From NCBI GenBank assembly GCA_964532235.1, contig CAZHGY010000002.1, forward strand, positions 1 to 49,850: a stretch of DNA of 49,850 nucleotides, given 5' to 3'. The translations under genes were made by a program, and so were the position numbers. Positions 44,187-49,850 of the stretch are shown here, piece by piece. The notes beneath the pieces are model-generated. The model saw nothing but the letters and a program-made list of their open reading frames with translations. It was not told where the DNA came from and did no database searches. This stretch comes from an uncultured Candidatus Saccharimonas sp. Its GTDB lineage: Bacteria > Patescibacteriota > Saccharimonadia > Saccharimonadales > Saccharimonadaceae. How positions within the stretch are numbered: position 1 is the stretch's first letter; every line of letters starts with the position of its first letter.

Positions 44187-44477
44187 CTATAATCCTAGCT
44201 TACCAAGCCCGCCCATAAGTGGCTTCATTTTTTCAGCGGCAATCTCTTGAGCTTTGGCTAATCCATCACGTACTGCGATTTCAATCCAGTGTTCCAGTTC
44301 TTCGATATCGTTTAGATCAACTTGCTTTGGATCAATTTTTACTTTCTTTACTTTAAGCTCACCAGTAATTTGCACTACAACAGCACCATCGCCTGCCTCA
44401 ACTTCAACTATCTCTTTCTTTAGCTCGTTCTGCGCCTTGCGTAGATCATTCATCAATTTAATTTGGTCGAATGCCAT
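44187..44477 (-). CDS. ybaB: YbaB/EbfC family nucleoid-associated protein
   Basis: 96 aa. MNDLRKAQNELKKEI..VEAGDGAVVVQITGELKVKKVKIDP is typical of the family. Conserved neighbourhood with recR and dnaX. Confidence 0.85.
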   Translation of the reverse strand: MAFDQIKLMNDLRKAQNELKKEIVEVEAGDGAVVVQITGELKVKKVKIDPKQVDLNDIEELEHWIEIAVRDGLAKAQEIAAEKMKPLMGGLGKLGL

Positions 44478-44522
44478 TATGCTACTCCTTTATCTGATAT
44501 TTATTGTTATTATTATACTTCA

Positions 44523-45947
44523 CTATTCAGTCTTTTTATAGATATAAAACCTGTCGCCATCGTTACTACTGGAAGATGTAATGATTTGTGAAATGACATA
44601 TCCGCTAAATTGGGCTTTAGCTTCTCTAGTTGTCCAGAATATATCTGTTATTGGTGTTGAAGATACTTGAATATTATCGTTATACTTAGCTACGACGTTA
44701 TAAAAGGATAACTCATCGTTAGCAACGACCAAGTTTTTACTACCTTTGGTTAGTAAATTTAGGTCTTTTGAGAAGCTAGATACGACATTTGGGTCATAGC
44801 TATAACCATAGATATGTCTCTCGGCACCAGAGAATATCAATACCGAAACGAGCATTATCATTGGGATTATGCCGGCAACTCTGGCATACGGATTGCGCGG
44901 AAATAAGTCATACCAACTTGACAACAATATGCTCATACCTGATGCCAATAGTAGCACTAGAGGTAAGAATGTAACGCTAGTAAAGTTTGGATTTAAGATA
45001 ATGACTGGGATAATACATAATACCCAGAAAATAATTACATAATTCTTTGACGTGAATCGGTCCTTAACGACTTGCACTGCGCCGATAGCGATAATTATCA
45101 TTGAACCGAGTTCAAAAAAGGGTGTCATTAATGTTGATCCAGCCGGCTTGGCGAATCCTAAATATTGCACCCCTAGCGTTTTGATATTCTCTATTAGATT
45201 TGGCCAATGTAGAGGTATCCCTAATAGCTCTAGCCCAAGTTTGGGCGTGTTAATAATGCATAGGATTAATGGAGAAATCATAAATATAGCAAAGACTATG
45301 CCAATAGCTAGTTTATATATCGGTACGTTTCGGATTAGATATCGTAAATGTGGATGAAGCATTATCGAAAATATTAGTGCAATTAGAGCATATATGCTTA
45401 ATGGTGTGTATAAGCTAAGGGCAGCAGCAATATAAAAAGTAATAATATAAAATATTTTGCATTTTTGCTTTCTGATAACCAAACTCGATAACAACATTAA
45501 CCAAACTGCCCAGAATATATACAAAATGCTTGGTGTACCATCTTGGGCAAAGAATACGAATTGACTGGTGAATATTGCGACTAATGATGCCAATACACCG
45601 ACGGCCGGCCTAAACCAGCGCCGTAGTAATAACACAATTCCAATAGCCGAGAAAAAAGCCAAAATTATTGACGGTAATTTTATAGTTAAGATGCTGACGC
45701 CAAATATTGATAGAATTATTTTTTGCAAGATGTGATAAGGCAAGTTAGCGATGGCAAATGTATTGAAATTATTTATGCGCAACGACTCACTGGTGATAAC
45801 CGATTGCGTCTCTTGGGCTGATATTCCACCTGGAAAATATAATCCAGCCATAACTAGAATCGTCATCAATCCGGCCGCAAATAGACCATAGCCAATATAA
45901 TAACGGCGGCGATAAATAAACGTATCAGTAATATTAAACTTACTCAT
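44523..45947 (-). CDS. polytopic membrane protein, GT-C (ArnT/PMT_2-like) glycosyltransferase candidate
   Basis: At least 10 TM helices. The N-terminal third resembles family-39-type glycosyltransferases (loop after TM1, LPSIILAFFSAIGIVLLL..). A soluble C-terminal domain follows. The assignment is tentative. Confidence 0.5.
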   Translation of the reverse strand: MSKFNITDTFIYRRRYYIGYGLFAAGLMTILVMAGLYFPGGISAQETQSVITSESLRINNFNTFAIANLPYHILQKIILSIFGVSILTIKLPSIILAFFSAIGIVLLLRRWFRPAVGVLASLVAIFTSQFVFFAQDGTPSILYIFWAVWLMLLSSLVIRKQKCKIFYIITFYIAAALSLYTPLSIYALIALIFSIMLHPHLRYLIRNVPIYKLAIGIVFAIFMISPLILCIINTPKLGLELLGIPLHWPNLIENIKTLGVQYLGFAKPAGSTLMTPFFELGSMIIIAIGAVQVVKDRFTSKNYVIIFWVLCIIPVIILNPNFTSVTFLPLVLLLASGMSILLSSWYDLFPRNPYARVAGIIPMIMLVSVLIFSGAERHIYGYSYDPNVVSSFSKDLNLLTKGSKNLVVANDELSFYNVVAKYNDNIQVSSTPITDIFWTTREAKAQFSGYVISQIITSSSSNDGDRFYIYKKTE

Positions 45948-45981
45948 GCTTTTATATAATTATAGCACCTTATCTCTTTAT

Positions 45982-47331
45982 CTATTCATCGTGCTTACGA
46001 TCAATAGACATAAAGCGTAGCCGTTCTGGATGGAAGTATAGCTCGATTTTGCCAGTTGGGCCGTTACGATGTTTAGCGATAATTAAATCAGTTATATTTT
46101 CGCGCTCAGTTTCAGGATTATAATATGCCTCACGGTAGATGAACATGACGATATCGGCATCTTGCTCGATTGATCCAGATTCACGTAAATCGGCTAACTG
46201 TGGAATCTGTGGGCTACGTGATTCAACCGAACGAGATAGCTGACTTAGTGCGATAACAGGTACATTTAACTCTCGAGCAATCAGCTTAAGGCCGCGCGAA
46301 ATTTCACTGACCTCTTGGACGCGGTTGCCATAATCTCGTCCCGAACCCTGCATTAACTGTAAATAGTCGATGATTATAAGCCCAAGTGGGTGTTCGTGCA
46401 TGGCTCGGCGGGCTTTGGTGCGCATTTCGAGTACTGTCATACCTGGCGTATCATCAATATATATTGGTGCTTCAGCAAGTTCGCCCATTGCTTCGGATAT
46501 TTTGCTAAAATCCTCATCGGATAATTGTCCAGTGCGAATATTCCAAGCATCTACCCCAGATGCATCAGCTAACATACGATCGACCAATTGTTCTTTGCTC
46601 ATCTCGAGACTAAAGAATAAAACTGGTAATTTAGCGATAGTTGCCACGTTATACGCCAAGTTGGTCACTAATGTGGTCTTGCCCATGGCTGGTCGGGCTG
46701 CGATAATAATCAGATCGCTTTTTTGGAATCCAGCCGTCATGTTGTCTAAGTCGTGATAACCAGTCCGGACGCCACGTAATGCACCTTTATTACGATGCAA
46801 TTCTTCCATACGATCGAAGCTATCTGTCAAAATACTTTCAATACTAACTAGATCTTGTTTTAGTGACTGATCGCTAACCGAAAATAATTCAGCTTCCGCT
46901 TTCTCGAGTAGTTCTTGGGTTGACGTCTCTTCATCAAAACCCATCTCTGATATCTCACCGCTAGCTTTGATTAAGCGCCTGCGCACTGCTTTTTGGGCAA
47001 CTAATTCGGCATAGGCTTCGGCGTGGGCTGATGTTGGTACGTAATTTGTCAACTCTGTTAAATAGGCTGATCCGCCAATAGTGTCCAGGTCTTTTTTGCG
47101 TTGTAACTCTTCGGTTAATGTCAGCAAGTCAACTGGTTTATGTTTTTCATACAGACGCATCATGGCGTCATAAATCATAGCGTGACGTTTTTCATAGAAA
47201 TCTTTGGCGGTAACGTGTTCAGAAATGTCGGCCAGCGTTTCCTCATCAATTAAAACAGCACCTAGCAGGCTTTTTTCTGCATCTAGGTTTTGCGGTGGTA
47301 TCTTCCCTACTGGAACTTCTTTCGTTGCCAT
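45982..47331 (-). CDS. dnaB: replicative DNA helicase DnaB
   Basis: PPQNLDAEKSLLGAVL, Walker A ARPAMGKTT, IIDYLQLM and LSQLSRSVE..DLRESGSIEQDAD. Confidence 0.95.
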   Translation of the reverse strand: MATKEVPVGKIPPQNLDAEKSLLGAVLIDEETLADISEHVTAKDFYEKRHAMIYDAMMRLYEKHKPVDLLTLTEELQRKKDLDTIGGSAYLTELTNYVPTSAHAEAYAELVAQKAVRRRLIKASGEISEMGFDEETSTQELLEKAEAELFSVSDQSLKQDLVSIESILTDSFDRMEELHRNKGALRGVRTGYHDLDNMTAGFQKSDLIIIAARPAMGKTTLVTNLAYNVATIAKLPVLFFSLEMSKEQLVDRMLADASGVDAWNIRTGQLSDEDFSKISEAMGELAEAPIYIDDTPGMTVLEMRTKARRAMHEHPLGLIIIDYLQLMQGSGRDYGNRVQEVSEISRGLKLIARELNVPVIALSQLSRSVESRSPQIPQLADLRESGSIEQDADIVMFIYREAYYNPETERENITDLIIAKHRNGPTGKIELYFHPERLRFMSIDRKHDE

Positions 47332-47335
47332 TGAT

Positions 47336-48778
47336 CTATACGGACTCTAATGAGACCTCTTCTCCTCCACCCATCATAGCAACAATTGCCGCTGCTTGGC
47401 TATCCTTTGGTGGTGGGGCTGTGGCTATGGTGTGGATATCGAGTCCATAAACTCCAGTCCCCTCTAGGCATTTACTGAGGAGCGGACGGTATTTACTATC
47501 ATCTAACTTTTTCTTATAAAATTTATTGCCAGTATATATAGTCAGACCGTCATCATTTAGTAAGTGGTGACACTTTGATAGTACGCTATACACAGCAATA
47601 AAGTTCTGTCTGGCATATTCAACGAAGCTTTCCCAATTAAAGATATTGCTTTCGGGAGGTATAGATGAAGCAGCAGGTTTATTCTTGATAGCTTCTTCGG
47701 TAGCAACTTCCATTGGACTAATTGTGGCTGGTTTATCTTGTAAAGCTTGTTTCTTAAGTTGTGCGATAGAAGCACTAACTTCTAATGGTGGCGTAGATAA
47801 TGCGATAGTCTTTATTGGCTGCTTTGGAGCGGCAGCTTTACCTAGAACACTTAATAACTTTAATTCTGGCTGTGGGCTTTTGTCGACATCAATCAGGGCA
47901 TCCAGTAGCGATAGTAATTGTGGTTTTTCGGTGATTTGGTCACGGATGCGTCTAGTCAGTTGAGCAACCAAGACCGTAGCACTAATGCCATCGGTACTGG
48001 CACGATTTAGATTTGCTACCAAAGTATTAATATCGCGATTCTCAACTGATTCTAATAATGAATCTATCATCTGAGTAGGCGCTAGCCCTAGCGTGTCCTC
48101 GATCAGTTTGACAGTAATCAGATCTTTGCCCTTGGCATCAACTAAATCAGACAATTGATCTAATAAACTGATACTGTCGCGAAAGCTGCCATCGCTACGC
48201 TGAGCGATTAAGCGCAAAGCGTCGTCGTCAACCTTGATCTTCTCTTCGCTAGCAATGAATTTAAGGTGATCTATAGCGTCATCAATGCTAATTGGACGAA
48301 AACTGAAACGCTGAGTACGGCTGATGATTGTGGCTGGCAGTTTTTCGACATTGGTTGTGGCTAGGATAAACACGATGTGCTCAGGTGGTTCCTCCAAAGT
48401 CTTTAATAGTGCGTTAAAAGCGGCTTTGGATAACATGTGGACTTCATCGATGATATAGATCTTCTTTTTAGCCGAAACAGGGGCGATTTGGACTTTTTCG
48501 CGTAAATCTCGTACATCTTCAACGCCATTATTACTGGCGGCATCAATTTCGATAATATCTAGATTAGTGTTCTCTTCGTCGTATGGCAGCCCATTAATTT
48601 CGTGAGCTAAAATACGCGCGACTGACGTTTTGCCAACACCGCGCGGTCCAGTCAACAAATAAGCGTGCGACACATGCCCTTGCGATATGGCACGTGATAG
48701 GATGTCCGTGATGTGTTTTTGCCCAATGATTTCATCAAGCGATTTAGACCTGTATTTTCGGTATAATGCTTTGGACAC
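47336..48778 (-). CDS. dnaX: DNA polymerase III subunit gamma/tau
   Basis: YRKYRSKSLDEIIGQKHI, GPRGVGKTS, IIDEVHMLS and ATTNVEKLPATIISRTQRF. Confidence 0.9.
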   Translation of the reverse strand: MSKALYRKYRSKSLDEIIGQKHITDILSRAISQGHVSHAYLLTGPRGVGKTSVARILAHEINGLPYDEENTNLDIIEIDAASNNGVEDVRDLREKVQIAPVSAKKKIYIIDEVHMLSKAAFNALLKTLEEPPEHIVFILATTNVEKLPATIISRTQRFSFRPISIDDAIDHLKFIASEEKIKVDDDALRLIAQRSDGSFRDSISLLDQLSDLVDAKGKDLITVKLIEDTLGLAPTQMIDSLLESVENRDINTLVANLNRASTDGISATVLVAQLTRRIRDQITEKPQLLSLLDALIDVDKSPQPELKLLSVLGKAAAPKQPIKTIALSTPPLEVSASIAQLKKQALQDKPATISPMEVATEEAIKNKPAASSIPPESNIFNWESFVEYARQNFIAVYSVLSKCHHLLNDDGLTIYTGNKFYKKKLDDSKYRPLLSKCLEGTGVYGLDIHTIATAPPPKDSQAAAIVAMMGGGEEVSLESV

Positions 48779-49001
48779 CTTAATTTACCCCTCGACTTTC
48801 ATCTTTAAGTATACACTTGCTAGACGCTTTTGGTTGTTGTGATTTAAGCGATTTAATGATGAAACGTATCTATTTTGCTTTAATCTACGAGCCACTTCGC
48901 GCTCCCATTTTTCGTTGAACTATTTTTGTTTTCACCTCTTAGTGATATATCTATTGTAATTGTTTTGGCTTAGAAAGCAATACATTAGATTACCAACAAA
49001 A

Positions 49002-49029
49002 ATGGACCTGATTTGTCGTCCAGGTCCAT
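49002..49029 (-). terminator. intrinsic terminator downstream of 49135..49686
   Basis: ATGGACCTG-(10 nt)-CAGGTCCAT, followed on the minus strand by TTTTTGTTG. Confidence 0.6.
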
Positions 49030-49134
49030 TAAAATCGACAAGAGATAATTAAATAACTTCTAGCGGGCTATATAGGCACGGCTTATGCTTAATGGTAATT
49101 TATATTGGCTAATCATGAATTAATGCAAAAATTC

Positions 49135-49686
49135 TTATAATGCAGCTTCGACTGCTGCCCAAACGGCGTCTGGGTTGTCAGCTGGAATGATTACTGTTAC
49201 TTGGTCACCGATATTGACTCGGAAATATGTAACACTAGCTAATAATATGCGGTATTCATGGCCGTTAGCTTCGACATAATACTGACCATCGTGTTGGACT
49301 AGTGTACCAATAATCTGTTTGCGCTCAACTGGGCTGATTTGTTTATATATAAAGCCACCATCATCTGTAATGGTAAGCTTCAATATATCGCCTTCAACAA
49401 GTTTTGATTTACTAGCATAATTGGTCGGTACTGGATATTCTTTGCCATCTGGCCCAGCCATTTTTTGGCCATCAAAAACGCCCTCAACAACTTTGCCCTT
49501 GGCATCGTCCATCGTGTTAGATCGTGGTGTGATGACGGCACCATCATCACCTATGATACTAATCAATAGCTCTTTAGCAGCAGCTAGATTAATCTCGGCC
49601 TCTTGGATTAGGCCATGCAATCTTTTTACTTGTTTTTCTGGTAGTTCAGACATAGTAACTCGCAATTCCTTGTCTATTTTTGTCAT
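49135..49686 (-). CDS. hypothetical protein (183 aa)
   Basis: Clean ORF with its own terminator. No family recognised. Confidence 0.6.
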   Translation of the reverse strand: MTKIDKELRVTMSELPEKQVKRLHGLIQEAEINLAAAKELLISIIGDDGAVITPRSNTMDDAKGKVVEGVFDGQKMAGPDGKEYPVPTNYASKSKLVEGDILKLTITDDGGFIYKQISPVERKQIIGTLVQHDGQYYVEANGHEYRILLASVTYFRVNIGDQVTVIIPADNPDAVWAAVEAAL

Positions 49687-49815
49687 AATATCACCACTAT
49701 ATATACCAATTTAATAACAGATTGTCAACAATAATCTGTTAGTTAGCATAAAAAACGTGAATCAATAAATCAAATTATTACATAGAATTTAGTGCATATC
49801 TTTTACTTGAAAACT

Positions 49816-49843
49816 TGCCGAGCGAACCGTAGCTCGCTCGGCA
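49816..49843 (-). terminator. GC-rich hairpin at the window edge, terminator-like for a gene beyond the right border
   Basis: TGCCGAGCGA-(8 nt)-TCGCTCGGCA. The minus strand continues AGTTTTCAAG. Confidence 0.4.
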
Positions 49844-49850
49844 GGGTCTA

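Noticed and set aside
48779-49001. Possible SRP RNA (ffs) upstream of dnaX, as in some Firmicutes
   Set aside because: I looked on both strands for the helix-8 signature (GGAA-type tetraloop with AGCAGC / CCAGG flanks). I found none, only a plain terminator hairpin at 49002-49029.
1-49850. CRISPR arrays, rRNA genes, IS transposases, reverse transcriptases (DGR or retron)
   Set aside because: I scanned for regularly spaced direct repeats, rRNA-like conserved blocks, DDE or RT motifs in the ORF track. None was found. The only interspersed repeats are families P and T, described above.

Overview
This is an AT-rich, gene-dense bacterial window read by eye, so all identities and motif calls are hand-made. 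Gene content suggests a reduced-genome, monoderm-type lineage such as Patescibacteria/Saccharibacteria (inference only).

**Core regions (1-9.2 kb and 28.9-49.9 kb).** These carry type IV pilin-like proteins, a TrmA/RlmD-family RNA methyltransferase, a heterodimeric ABC exporter and an EEP-family nuclease/phosphatase. A heliorhodopsin sits directly next to class-2 pyrD. Further on are greA, a P-type ATPase, an OmpR/HisKA pair with a MacB-type ABC transporter, an AI-2E transporter, and the minus-strand string dnaX-dnaB-(GT-C-like membrane protein)-ybaB-recR-DHH phosphoesterase-cysS.

**Accessory middle (about 9.2-28.9 kb).**
- tRNA-Gln(CUG) lies at 28837-28911 (-). 17 nt of its 3' end recur (16/17) at 13162-13178, delimiting a putative island of about 15.7 kb.
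- The island holds a terminase-fragment pseudogene, a translationally coupled PLD-nuclease/SNF2-motor protein plus an Eco57I-family m6A methyltransferase, and a large serine recombinase. It also holds an HhH-GPD-like protein divergent from a 1038-aa GHKL-ATPase/DUF3883-nuclease-like protein, and an AbrB-MacB ABC operon.
- The two ATPase-nuclease modules with a single methyltransferase are my best candidate for an undescribed defence system.
- A roughly 57-nt repeat family has four direct copies and one inverted partial copy. A 108-nt direct repeat of the tRNA trailer is also present. Together they split the region into cassette-like blocks, which suggests serial accretion at the tRNA-Gln locus.

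No CRISPR array, rRNA or transposase was seen.
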